Origin: a virus | Taxonomy: Duplodnaviria; Caudoviricetes | Reading direction: 5' to 3' (one strand) | Virus record (IMG/VR): IMGVR_UViG_3300021387_001614 | Location: 32,001-96,000 of that record | DNA length: 64,000 nt | Shown: positions 10,539 through 19,662 of the stretch, piece after piece | How positions within the stretch are numbered: the stretch's first letter is position 1 | Layout: each line of letters begins with the position of its first letter | Position numbers and translations under genes: made by a program | Notes under the pieces: generated by a model | What the model saw: only the letters and a program-made list of their open reading frames with translations | The model's database searches: none | Told to the model about the DNA's origin: nothing

Positions 10539-12371
10539 ATGGATTTTAAAATTCTACCAACTGATGTCGTTTTATGCGCAATTGCTAAAAACGAAAACAA
10601 TTATATAGAAGAGTGGGTTCAGTGGTATTTTAACTTAGGTTTCGATAAAATTTACATTTTTGATGACAACGAGGACGAAAGAGCGTTGCCGTCACTTCCC
10701 CTTATTAATGAATATGTAGAAGCCGGTAAAATACATATAGAATATTGTGGTAAAGAAAAAATTAACTACAAGCAAATGGTAAAGTATAAAAGTTTTTATA
10801 CTCAAAACAAGTTTGCGTGGTGTGCGTTTTTTGATATTGATGAGTTTTTAGTATTAAAACAACACAAAAACATTAAAGAATATCTTTCGATGGACATTTT
10901 TTCGAATTTCTCAGCGATATCAATATGTTGGGAAATGTACGGTGATAACGGACATTTAAAAAAAGAAAAAGGCGGCGTTGTCGAAAGATTTCCTGAGCCA
11001 TTCACAGGTGACACTAACGGTATCAGCGATGTTTATAACGGTGACAAGATGTTAGTGAAGAAAATTATTCGTGGTGGAATTAAAAACATCGAATTTCCCA
11101 ATCCTCACGCCGTTAGGTGTGTAAATGTTATAAGATGTTGTGATGAAAAAGGGTCATCCGTAAGTTCAGCCAAATTTGCAATCGAAAAAACATATAAATA
11201 CGCTAAAATAAACCACTATTTTACAAAATCTGCTGAAGAATATGCAAATAAAGTAAAAAGAGGACGTGCTGCGCAAAAATCTAACGTGTTTAGAAAAATG
11301 GATGAGTATTTTTCCATAAACCCTAAAACACAAGACAGAATTGATGCGTTAAGGGAAGCCTTTGGATACGAAAAAAAGGATGAAACTGTTAAATATTTTG
11401 GAAACCAACCCATATCAAGCAAAAAAAAGATACTTTTCCTTGTAATGTCATGCAATAAACCCGATTTTATTAAAGAAGAAGATATTGTTAGAGAAACATG
11501 GGCAAAGGAAATTGTTAATAATGAATTCGAAAACATAGATTTATATTTTTATAGAGCCACAAAGGAAAAAGAAATACACGTTGATAAGGATGTTATTTTT
11601 ATCCCGTCAAGGGACGATTGGAACGGTACATATGATAAAACGCTGAAATGTTTTAAATACATATTAGCAAATAAAGATTTCGACTATGTGGTTAGAACAA
11701 ATACGAGCAACTATATAAATGTAAAATGTCTCGTTGACATGATTAACAACATACCCGAAAATGACACAAATATATACGGAACGAGACTTATAATTAACAA
11801 CACATCAAGGGGTTACACGTATTTTAGGGGAAATTGCCTCGTTTTAAAGAAAAGTATCGTTAAGGATATTGTGGATGCTGAAATATCATCAATCCGTGAG
11901 GCTGATGACGGTGCAATGGCATATACGCTTGTTGTTAAATATACAAAAAACGGTATTGATTATCATGAAAAATTAAGACAGTTCCCCATTTCTTATGTTT
12001 ATACAAGTCCGGAAAAATTCAAATATGATTTTGATACAATGAAAGATTCCGTTTGTTTTAGGCTTAAGACAAGTCCACAAGCAAACAGAAACTCTAAACT
12101 TATTATTAGCAAGATGAAAAAAATGGATGCGATAATAAGAGCCGAAGAAAGAAAATTCGTCGCACCAACCAAATTTAATACGGATTATGTGGAAAGTTTA
12201 TATGGAAGATTATCCTTTGATGATGCCATGAAACGTTCAAAAAAGAAATTAGTACAAAGAATGCCAACAGCCGCAAAGAAGATTAAATCAAACGGGAACG
12301 TAACTTACGGAAAAACTAATTTCATACCAAAAAGGCTCATTAATCATCATATAGGGAGGCTATTAGTTTAA
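10539..12371 (+). CDS. Two-domain glycosyltransferase (N-terminal GT2_4/GT92-like, C-terminal GT31/fringe-like)
   Basis: LCAIAKNENNYIEEWV, FFDIDEFL (DxD) and INHYFTKS; second domain ILFLVMSC...YDKT...FDYVVRTNTS...DD. Confidence 0.75.
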   Translation: MDFKILPTDVVLCAIAKNENNYIEEWVQWYFNLGFDKIYIFDDNEDERALPSLPLINEYVEAGKIHIEYCGKEKINYKQMVKYKSFYTQNKFAWCAFFDIDEFLVLKQHKNIKEYLSMDIFSNFSAISICWEMYGDNGHLKKEKGGVVERFPEPFTGDTNGISDVYNGDKMLVKKIIRGGIKNIEFPNPHAVRCVNVIRCCDEKGSSVSSAKFAIEKTYKYAKINHYFTKSAEEYANKVKRGRAAQKSNVFRKMDEYFSINPKTQDRIDALREAFGYEKKDETVKYFGNQPISSKKKILFLVMSCNKPDFIKEEDIVRETWAKEIVNNEFENIDLYFYRATKEKEIHVDKDVIFIPSRDDWNGTYDKTLKCFKYILANKDFDYVVRTNTSNYINVKCLVDMINNIPENDTNIYGTRLIINNTSRGYTYFRGNCLVLKKSIVKDIVDAEISSIREADDGAMAYTLVVKYTKNGIDYHEKLRQFPISYVYTSPEKFKYDFDTMKDSVCFRLKTSPQANRNSKLIISKMKKMDAIIRAEERKFVAPTKFNTDYVESLYGRLSFDDAMKRSKKKLVQRMPTAAKKIKSNGNVTYGKTNFIPKRLINHHIGRLLV

Positions 12372-12404
12372 TAATTAGATATTTATATAGAAAAACACGA
12401 AAAA

Positions 12405-13757
12405 ATGAAAAAATACTTGACCTTATTTAATTCCCACGCTGAATACGAACAATACGTGAGCGGTAATTTTGAGAAGCCAAACGTATCACATTGCGTTCAG
12501 GAAGATGATGTACATTATAATCCTCTACATGACTATTCAAAGGATTATCTTACTTTTGTTGCCCTTGAAGACGGTACAATATCGTTTAACATATTGGACT
12601 CAATGGGAACTGATATGATTACCTCAATCAGTTATTCAACTGATAACGGTGAAACATGGACAACAACAGCAAATCAAAACAATAAACAAGAAAACCTTTC
12701 AATTGATGTTGATGTGAATGAAGGCGATAAAGTAATGTGGAAAGGCATCGCAACACAAACGGGATACTACTTTAACGATGACGATTTTGGTTATTATGTT
12801 GGCTCGTTTTTTAGTTCTGATTGCGAGTTTGATGCAAAGGGCAATGTGATGTCATTGCTTTATGGTGATGATTTCAAGGGTGAAACAACAATAGAGGAAG
12901 ATGCTACATTTTGCCGACTATTCTCTGATACTGATGAAGGAAAAACGTGTGGTGTTGTAAACGCCAAAGAATTATCATTACCTGCTACAACGTTGGCAAA
13001 TAATTGTTATGAAAATATGTTCTATTACTGTACAAGTCTAACATCAGCGCCTGAATTACCCGCCACTACATTGGCAAGTAGTTGTTATTTTGGTATGTTC
13101 TATGGTTGTACAGGTCTCACAACAGCACCTGAGTTACCTGCAACAACATTGGTATTTGGTTGTTATCGGAGTATGTTCGAAGGTTGCACAAGTCTTACAA
13201 CGGCACCTGTATTACCTGCAACGACATTGGCAGATTATTGTTATGCTTATATGTTCAATGGTTGTACAAGCCTTGTGACAGCACCCGAATTATCTGCTAC
13301 TACATTGGCATACCATTGTTATCAAGGTATGTTCGCAAATTGTTCAAGACTTACAACAGCACCTGAGTTACCTGCTACAACATTGGTAGGTTATTGTTAT
13401 AGTAATATGTTTAGAGGCTGTGTGGGTCTTATAACAGCACCTCAGTTACCTGCTACAACATTGGCAAGTTGGTGTTATGAAAGTATGTTCCAAGGTTGTA
13501 AAAGTCTAACAACAGCACCTCAGTTACCTGCCACTACACTGACAACTTATTGCTATCAGAATATGTTCAATGGTTGCACAAAACTTAATTACATCAAGGC
13601 AATGTTTACTACAACACCAAGTACAAGTTATACAAGTGGTTGGGTAAGTGGAGTTGCTGCAACAGGTACATTTGTAAAGAACAGTGCTGCAACATGGAAT
13701 GTTACAGGTGTTAATGGTGTTCCAAGTAGATGGACTGTTCAAACAGCAAGTGCATAA
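12405..13757 (+). CDS. BspA-like leucine-rich-repeat protein with 8 x 26-aa repeats (LRR-1)
   Basis: Repeats LPATTLxxxCYxxMFxGCTSLxTAPx; N-terminal module shared with 18073 and 36742; late-promoter motif at 12378. Confidence 0.85.
   Translation: MKKYLTLFNSHAEYEQYVSGNFEKPNVSHCVQEDDVHYNPLHDYSKDYLTFVALEDGTISFNILDSMGTDMITSISYSTDNGETWTTTANQNNKQENLSIDVDVNEGDKVMWKGIATQTGYYFNDDDFGYYVGSFFSSDCEFDAKGNVMSLLYGDDFKGETTIEEDATFCRLFSDTDEGKTCGVVNAKELSLPATTLANNCYENMFYYCTSLTSAPELPATTLASSCYFGMFYGCTGLTTAPELPATTLVFGCYRSMFEGCTSLTTAPVLPATTLADYCYAYMFNGCTSLVTAPELSATTLAYHCYQGMFANCSRLTTAPELPATTLVGYCYSNMFRGCVGLITAPQLPATTLASWCYESMFQGCKSLTTAPQLPATTLTTYCYQNMFNGCTKLNYIKAMFTTTPSTSYTSGWVSGVAATGTFVKNSAATWNVTGVNGVPSRWTVQTASA
12978..13590 (+). 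repeat. Intragenic 78-bp tandem repeat (8 units)
   Basis: Recurring ttacctgcwacaacattgg...gttat...atgttc...gttgtaca...acagcacct every 78 bp. Confidence 0.9.
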
Positions 13758-13783
13758 AAACATCTATATATCAAACACACAAG

Positions 13784-13842
13784 TGGCATTTTAAGGGTAT
13801 TTATGTTAAAATATTAACGGAACCAACAGGTGTATAGTTCCC
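13784..13842 (+). mobile_element. Orphan right end of an IS-A-type IS1595 element
   Basis: 50/59 gapless identity to 19006-19064, ending in the terminal ...tatagttccc; no partner end found nearby. Confidence 0.8.
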
Positions 13843-13850
13843 ATTATAAA

Positions 13851-13883
13851 AAATGAGCAGCCAAATTAATGGTTGCTCATTTT
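13851..13883. terminator. Bidirectional intrinsic terminator between the convergent LRR-1 and recombinase genes
   Basis: aaaatgagcagcca-aattaa-tggttgctcatttt hairpin with A/T tails. Confidence 0.7.
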
Positions 13884-13885
13884 CT

Positions 13886-15085
13886 TTATTCATCAAGCGT
13901 TTCCTCTTCTCCGAATATAATATCCTCTGCCGACATTTCACCCTTATCATCGTCAGGTGAGTCCTTAATTTCTTCGAGTTTCGATAAAATATCCTTTATG
14001 TATGTCTTTTTATATTCCTCAAGTGACTCTTCGGGAATAATGCCGTTATGCACACAACACATTGTGCCTGAATACGTTATATTAAATGGTGTTGGTAGTT
14101 GATTCTTTGTCACCGCAATCTTTGTTATAATACCGTAATTATACGTATCGCCCTTTGCCGTTGCAGTGAGTTTCTTTGTTGCCGCCTTTGCAACACCACC
14201 CAAGTGAATAATCAGTCTTGCGCCATAGAAGAATGTCTTTCCACCCTTTAACTCGATTGATGGTATTCCCGGCATACCGTTCATACTGTCATTCCAAATC
14301 TTATTAACACAGAACATTGTGTTCGTGTATTTCTCACTAACTTTTCTCGATGTCGGTATTCTGTTGTTAATCAGACTGTTAAATGCCTGTGAAATTGCAC
14401 CTGCATCGAACATGTTGTTGTTCGATTTGCTTGAATATGACTTAAAGGATGTTATCGAACCAATACTATCCCATATGAAACATATTGGCTGCTTAATTTT
14501 TCCTTCATCCTGCATATCAAGGATTTCATTAATGGAAAGCGCAATATCCTCCAATACTGCAACATTTCTGCGTTTTGACACGCGCTTACCTGCTGAATGG
14601 TCAAAATCACCATATTTTTTCGTAAGCGTTTTCGTATCGAAATAAACAAAGTTGCCACGATACTTAATAATGTCAGTTGTTATTTCGCCCGTTTCTTCAT
14701 CAAGAATTTCGCCATAAACGGGAGTTGCATCAACGCCACAATCAATTGCATATTTCCAATCGAAATTGCCCTCAGTTTCATATATAACAGGTAAAATACC
14801 CTTCTTTTGACACGCTGCAATGAGACAGTTTTTAATTGTTGATTTTCCCGTATTAGACCATCCCGTTACCAAAGTCAGATATCCCATGGGGATTCCCGGC
14901 AATTTTAATGCATCTTCAAAAGCCTTTGGCAGTGGTATAAACTCTGTTGGTTTTTCCGCGTTTGACGTTTCCAAGTCGCTTCGCTTAATCGGCTTACTTG
15001 ATTCCTCTATTTCAAGTCCAAGTAACTTATTTATGTCATCAGCTGAAGGTATTACAAATGTTTTCTTTTTAATCGCTTGTTTCAT
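13886..15085 (-). CDS. RecA/UvsX-like recombinase (likely start 15085, MKQAIKK)
   Basis: PGIPMGYLTLVTGWSNTGKST Walker A, IWDSIGS Walker B, VNKIW, GGKTFFYGARL. Confidence 0.85.
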   Translation of the reverse strand: MKQAIKKKTFVIPSADDINKLLGLEIEESSKPIKRSDLETSNAEKPTEFIPLPKAFEDALKLPGIPMGYLTLVTGWSNTGKSTIKNCLIAACQKKGILPVIYETEGNFDWKYAIDCGVDATPVYGEILDEETGEITTDIIKYRGNFVYFDTKTLTKKYGDFDHSAGKRVSKRRNVAVLEDIALSINEILDMQDEGKIKQPICFIWDSIGSITSFKSYSSKSNNNMFDAGAISQAFNSLINNRIPTSRKVSEKYTNTMFCVNKIWNDSMNGMPGIPSIELKGGKTFFYGARLIIHLGGVAKAATKKLTATAKGDTYNYGIITKIAVTKNQLPTPFNITYSGTMCCVHNGIIPEESLEEYKKTYIKDILSKLEEIKDSPDDDKGEMSAEDIIFGEEETLDE

Positions 15086-15698
15086 ACTTTTTAACTCGTT
15101 GTTTTTCTCTAATTTTTTGTTTCCAGCATTTTCTACACATCGGTTGATAAATATCATCACCACCGACAAGAACTTGCTCACCCTCCGTTATTATATTTTC
15201 ATCCTTATCAAACCTTGCATTTATGGATGCCTTTTTGTTACATTTACAACTTGATTTTAATTCTTGAAACTCATCAGCTATTTCAAAAAGCCTTTTTGAT
15301 GCCGGAAAAAGTTTTGACCTAAAATCTGTGCGTAATCCATAACATAGAACGTTAACACCCATTAAATCAACAACGTCCGATAATTGGTCTACCTGTTCCT
15401 CAGTTAAAAACTGACATTCATCAACCAATACCCACATTAACGGTTTGGCTTGTTGTGCCATAAGAACGTTATTATATTGATGTATTGCCTCATATATATC
15501 AACGTTACTATTAACACTAACACACGCCCTTTTTAATCCTGCTCTTGATTTAATCATGTTCTTTCCATCTCGTGTATCAATGGATGGCTTAAGAACCATG
15601 AAAGGTATACCTTTTTCTTCAAAATTATACGCCGTTGCAAGGAGGTTTAGGGTTTTTGACGAACCCATTACACCATAAAAAAATCTTAGCTTAGCCAT
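15069..15698 (-). CDS. tdk: Thymidine kinase (type II)
   Basis: FFYGVMGSSKT, KPSIDTRDG, VDECQFL, YGLRTDF, Zn-binding CKC...CRKC. Confidence 0.95.
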   Translation of the reverse strand: MAKLRFFYGVMGSSKTLNLLATAYNFEEKGIPFMVLKPSIDTRDGKNMIKSRAGLKRACVSVNSNVDIYEAIHQYNNVLMAQQAKPLMWVLVDECQFLTEEQVDQLSDVVDLMGVNVLCYGLRTDFRSKLFPASKRLFEIADEFQELKSSCKCNKKASINARFDKDENIITEGEQVLVGGDDIYQPMCRKCWKQKIREKQRVKKYETSD

Positions 15699-15709
15699 TT
15701 ACATGTTTT

Positions 15710-16693
15710 TTAGAATGGTAACGCATCTTCTGCGTTATTATCTGTATCGGACTGAGTACCTGCCGTTATGGTATTTTTCTCAACCCAATTTGTAAAGTCG
15801 GAGTTTTCTTCTGTTAGATTTTCAGCAAGTTCCTTTTCATCTTCGATTTTTTGTTTTTCCTGCATCACAGATTTATCGACATATTTACCCAATTCTTTAT
15901 CGTAAACGGGAGTACCGCCCTCTACAATAACTGCCATATAGTCATAAGGTTTTACTGTAAATACGTCAGTCCATTTCTTTTCGTCGTTAACCCATGATTC
16001 TGCTTTATCAAAGTCGGTTGACAGTGGTGTGCTGATACTCTTGTCAGTTACCTGTACGCTTGTTTTGTTGTTAGAATCCTTTGTCAGAGTAATAACAAGG
16101 TCTTTTCCTGTATTAAGGTCAAAAATATTGTTTTCAATACCTTCTTCTTTACCTTCTTCCCACCTCGTTTTAAACAAGTTCATTATTTTATCATACACAC
16201 CATCCTTTTTTCTCGAATGAGTGAAAAGCCAAAACTTAACGCCGTCTTCCTCATGGCCACGTTCAATACATCTAACAATCCACGATTCCTTAACACGATT
16301 GAGAAATTCGATGTCACCATATTTCTTTTTCTCGATTTCCGAATTAGATGCAAACCTTAGTCGTTTAGCCTCTTCCGACGTTTCACAGAATGGGCACTTA
16401 TGTTTGTCATCTAAGTCATTTTTTTCGGGGCACACAAATGTCTTCCACCCGCTACTTGTAACTTCCTTGTTAACTTTAACGGTATGCATGTGCACCTTTT
16501 TAAATGGGCTTCCACCCTCAGGAGAAAATGGCAACAATCTGATTGTTATTTTCTTTGTGGTTTCGTCTGAACCTAACCTTGCTTGGAGATAATTTTTAAC
16601 ATTAAATTCAGTCTTCTTTTTTGGGACGTAAGTTTCCTGTTCGTTTTGGCTGATTACAGCAGCCGCATCAATGTTTACATTTAAATTACTCAT
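15710..16693 (-). CDS. Single-stranded DNA-binding protein, T4 gp32-like
   Basis: TIRLLP, FVCP...CPFCE zinc site, GVKFW, FDLNTGKDL, acidic tail ending EDALPF. Confidence 0.8.
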   Translation of the reverse strand: MSNLNVNIDAAAVISQNEQETYVPKKKTEFNVKNYLQARLGSDETTKKITIRLLPFSPEGGSPFKKVHMHTVKVNKEVTSSGWKTFVCPEKNDLDDKHKCPFCETSEEAKRLRFASNSEIEKKKYGDIEFLNRVKESWIVRCIERGHEEDGVKFWLFTHSRKKDGVYDKIMNLFKTRWEEGKEEGIENNIFDLNTGKDLVITLTKDSNNKTSVQVTDKSISTPLSTDFDKAESWVNDEKKWTDVFTVKPYDYMAVIVEGGTPVYDKELGKYVDKSVMQEKQKIEDEKELAENLTEENSDFTNWVEKNTITAGTQSDTDNNAEDALPF

Positions 16694-16742
16694 AAAAAAT
16701 TAATATTTAAAAATGCGTATCAGTATACGCTTAAATTCAGTG

Positions 16743-16774
16743 CAAATATACATAAAAAATGTTAAAAAACCAAA
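16743..16774 (-). promoter_or_regulatory. Bacteroidota sigma-type promoter (TTTG-N20-TATATTTG) for the ssb-tdk-recombinase operon
   Basis: Matches the established Bacteroides -33 TTTG / -7 TAnnTTTG consensus. Similar sites at 21646-21677(-), 36320-36351(+), 41707(+), 45721-45751(-) and 60339-60369(-). Confidence 0.75.
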
Positions 16775-16811
16775 ATTCCGGCAAATTATTTTTTTAAAAT
16801 GCCGGAATTTT
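16772..16811. terminator. Intrinsic terminator-like hairpin
   Basis: aaaattccggca ... tgccggaatttt, 12-bp stem. Confidence 0.55.
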
Positions 16812-17023
16812 TGTGTTGGCTTTAAGTACCATTGGCATTTACTGCCAACTGCTATATTATTATCGGGAACTATATACCTGTTGTCCCCGAACATAGCGAC
16901 TAGCAAACTTTAACTTTTGTCTAGCTATCCTTAACTTAAAAAATTCCCGTTTTACTGGAAAAATGCGTACCTTTGTATTACCTTTAAGACAAAGGAATAA
17001 CATTCAGTAAAACGGGAATAATT

Positions 17024-18019
17024 ATGATAGATTTCACAAATTTCAAGTCACTCAAATCGGTAATCAGACACTTCAACAATGAAGACATCTGCAAGCAAAC
17101 GCTTGTGGAGGCACGTTGGGGTGGCGATGTTGTTTGTCCTCATTGCGGACAGCACCATTGCACCATGCGCAAGGACGGACGTTATCGCTGCAACCATTGC
17201 AAGCATAACTTCTCTTGTACCACAGGTACAATATTTCAGAACACCAAGTTGCCACTTCAAACTTGGTTCATTGCCATGTATCAGGTGTCTTCACACAAGA
17301 AGGGCATTTCCTCATTGCAGATAATGCGTGACTGCGAGGTCACTCAGAAGACCGCTTGGTTCATTCTGCACAAGATTCGTGGTCTCTACGGCATTACCGA
17401 TGAGATTGCCCTTGACGGAGAGGTGGAGATGGACGAGATGTACCTTGGTGGACGTGAAATAAACAAGCACGAAAGCAAGAAGACTGAGGGTACACAGGGT
17501 CGCTCTACCAAGACCAAAACACCAATCTTCGGTATGATTCAGCGTGGTGGCAACGTTGTTGCAATGAAGGTGGACGATACAAAGGGTGCTACCTTGATGC
17601 CCATCGTGAGCCAATTCGTTGAGAGTGGTGCTACCACTTATACGGATGAAGCCAACATCTACCACAAGTTGTCAGAGAACGGCTATGAGCACCTTTTCGT
17701 TAATCACTCACAGCGTGAATACGTCCGTGCCAATGACATTCATACCAACGGAATTGAGGGGTTTTGGGCACATTTCAAGCGTGTCATTTTCTCTACCTAT
17801 CACAGCGTTTCCAAGGACTATGTACAGCGTTATATTGACGAGCAGTCATATCGTTGGAATACCCGTAAATGGAATGCTTCTGAGCGTTTTGAGGATATGT
17901 TCAAGAAGGCTGCAAAGTCCTTTGAGTATGCTGACGTTCTGAGCCTTTCAAGCGTTATTGACGTTGTTGCTTGGAAGACCAAGCACGATAGTTACTATTG
18001 GGCAGGAAAGGTTGCATAA
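17024..18019 (+). CDS. IS1595-family (ISXO2-like) DDE transposase
   Basis: Zn ribbon CPHC...RCNHC, HTH region KGISSLQI...TAWF, catalytic VEMDEMY, YTDE, HTNGIEGFW. Confidence 0.95.
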   Translation: MIDFTNFKSLKSVIRHFNNEDICKQTLVEARWGGDVVCPHCGQHHCTMRKDGRYRCNHCKHNFSCTTGTIFQNTKLPLQTWFIAMYQVSSHKKGISSLQIMRDCEVTQKTAWFILHKIRGLYGITDEIALDGEVEMDEMYLGGREINKHESKKTEGTQGRSTKTKTPIFGMIQRGGNVVAMKVDDTKGATLMPIVSQFVESGATTYTDEANIYHKLSENGYEHLFVNHSQREYVRANDIHTNGIEGFWAHFKRVIFSTYHSVSKDYVQRYIDEQSYRWNTRKWNASERFEDMFKKAAKSFEYADVLSLSSVIDVVAWKTKHDSYYWAGKVA

Positions 18020-18072
18020 ATGAAATTGAGCAACCACTATTGGATTACTCAATTTGTATGTCATTATAGAAC

Positions 18073-18888
18073 TTAAAGTATTCCTTGTGAAGTCCAATTT
18101 CGATATCCAAGATTTCCATCATTTCCCATCCAAGACGAGTAATCACTACCACTTGGATAATATAATACTCCACCTTCTTTGACATATGCCCAAAAGCCTG
18201 ATTGTATTGTTGGTGCAATAGTTGGATATGCGTAGATGGTTTCAAGACTCGTACATCCTTGGAACGCATTAATAATCATTGTTGATACACTACTTGGTAT
18301 TGTTATGCTTTGTAAACTACTACAATTGTAGAAAGCACCACCATCAATACTTGTGACACTATTGCCCATTATTACATTTGTAAGACTTGTACAATGACCA
18401 AAAGCACTACCACCAATGCTTGTAACACTATTCGGTATTGTTATATTCAATAAGTTTGTACAACTATTAAACGTACCAGCCATAATTGCGGTAACATTAG
18501 TTGGAATATTTACATTTGTAAGACTTGTACAATATTCGAATACATTATAATTAAGGCTTGTAACACTATTTGATATTGTTGCCTCTGTAAGAGCGGAACA
18601 ATGGGAAAATGCACCGTTTCCAATACTTGTACATAATTCCCCAACCTCAACACTAACAAGCGTGTTTTTATATATATCACTTACCATTGCTTTTGTCAGT
18701 TCTCCGCTTCCTTCAAGTTCAACTACGCTGTCATCACTGAGTGTCAGTTTGCAGAAGAAAGGTGGCTTATTATAATGTACCGTATTATCTCCCTCTACAT
18801 ATGATACATAAGGTTCTATATATGTTTCACCATCTTCATAAGTCAGTCTTTCAGCATCGGTGCTGAATAGTTTTAAGTAATCTCCCAT
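18073..18888 (-). CDS. BspA/TpLRR-type LRR protein (23-aa repeats), passenger of IS-A (LRR-2)
   Basis: IPNSVTSIGGSAFGHCTSLTNV repeats; N-terminal YLKLF...VSYV...VHYN module; late motif at 18926 inside the element. Confidence 0.9.
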   Translation of the reverse strand: MGDYLKLFSTDAERLTYEDGETYIEPYVSYVEGDNTVHYNKPPFFCKLTLSDDSVVELEGSGELTKAMVSDIYKNTLVSVEVGELCTSIGNGAFSHCSALTEATISNSVTSLNYNVFEYCTSLTNVNIPTNVTAIMAGTFNSCTNLLNITIPNSVTSIGGSAFGHCTSLTNVIMGNSVTSIDGGAFYNCSSLQSITIPSSVSTMIINAFQGCTSLETIYAYPTIAPTIQSGFWAYVKEGGVLYYPSGSDYSSWMGNDGNLGYRNWTSQGIL

Positions 18889-19071
18889 ATTTATATATGA
18901 TATTAGTTATGTTATTATTCTACAATATAAATATCCCGACAAGAAGAGAAATTCCTGTTGGGATATTGTTTATTTTGATATTTTGTATTATATTTGTACC
19001 CGAAATGGTAATTTAAAGATATTTATGTTAAAACATTAACGGGGACAACAGGTATATAGTTCCCTTATTAT

Positions 19072-19632
19072 CTATTTTTTACGAAATCTTTTCGGGCGGT
19101 CTTTTAGGTTACGATTCCCATAATATGAATTCATCAAACCCTTTGTTCTTCTTTTGGCACTCCTTGAGAATCTTTTATAAAAATCTGATAATTCATCATT
19201 GGATAAATCATCGAAATTTTCATAATCATTGAAATGATACGAATCATACGCAAAAATACTATCCGGATTTTCTTTATAATGTCCAAAATCTATACTAATA
19301 TCATCATCACCTATTGGTTTTCTCCATTCTTCAAAGTCATCTCCGTGTATATAATTAGAAAGTGTCCCGACATAATTGTCTTTATCTTTCCACGAATATG
19401 ATTGGAATACTCCATAATCTTTGTCATCAGGCATACAATATTCAAGAGTTTCATCTTGGTCTTCAACCGCCCCATCTTCGAGTGACCTAAGAAAATTATA
19501 AAGGTCTTTGATTTTGTATTTATTCCACTCTCTATCTATCTCTTCCTTTGAAGCCTCTCTCAATATTTTTTTTACCGACCTCTTTACAATCTTATGCAAG
19601 TCAGACTCTGTTAATCTTACTCTTTTTTTCAT
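19072..19632 (-). CDS. Hypothetical protein with N-terminal RLTESDL module (possible internal virion protein)
   Basis: MKKRVRLTESDLHKIVKRSVKKILRE; likely start at ATG 19632. Confidence 0.65.
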   Translation of the reverse strand: MKKRVRLTESDLHKIVKRSVKKILREASKEEIDREWNKYKIKDLYNFLRSLEDGAVEDQDETLEYCMPDDKDYGVFQSYSWKDKDNYVGTLSNYIHGDDFEEWRKPIGDDDISIDFGHYKENPDSIFAYDSYHFNDYENFDDLSNDELSDFYKRFSRSAKRRTKGLMNSYYGNRNLKDRPKRFRKK

Positions 19633-19662
19633 ATTGTTTTTATATGCATTCATCAAATTATT

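Larger units (their letters stand above)
16865..19064 (+). mobile_element. IS-A: IS1595-family transposon with a passenger gene (2200 bp)
   Basis: Perfect 25-bp terminal inverted repeats gggaactatatacctgttgtccccg (16865-16889 / 19040-19064). 8-bp target duplication TTATTATC (16857-16864 / 19065-19072). Contains the transposase and an LRR gene. Confidence 0.95.

Noticed and set aside
12978-13590. 78-bp periodic arrays (also 36912-37833) as CRISPR arrays
   Set aside because: They are in-frame coding repeats with codon-position variation; no unique spacers and no cas genes.
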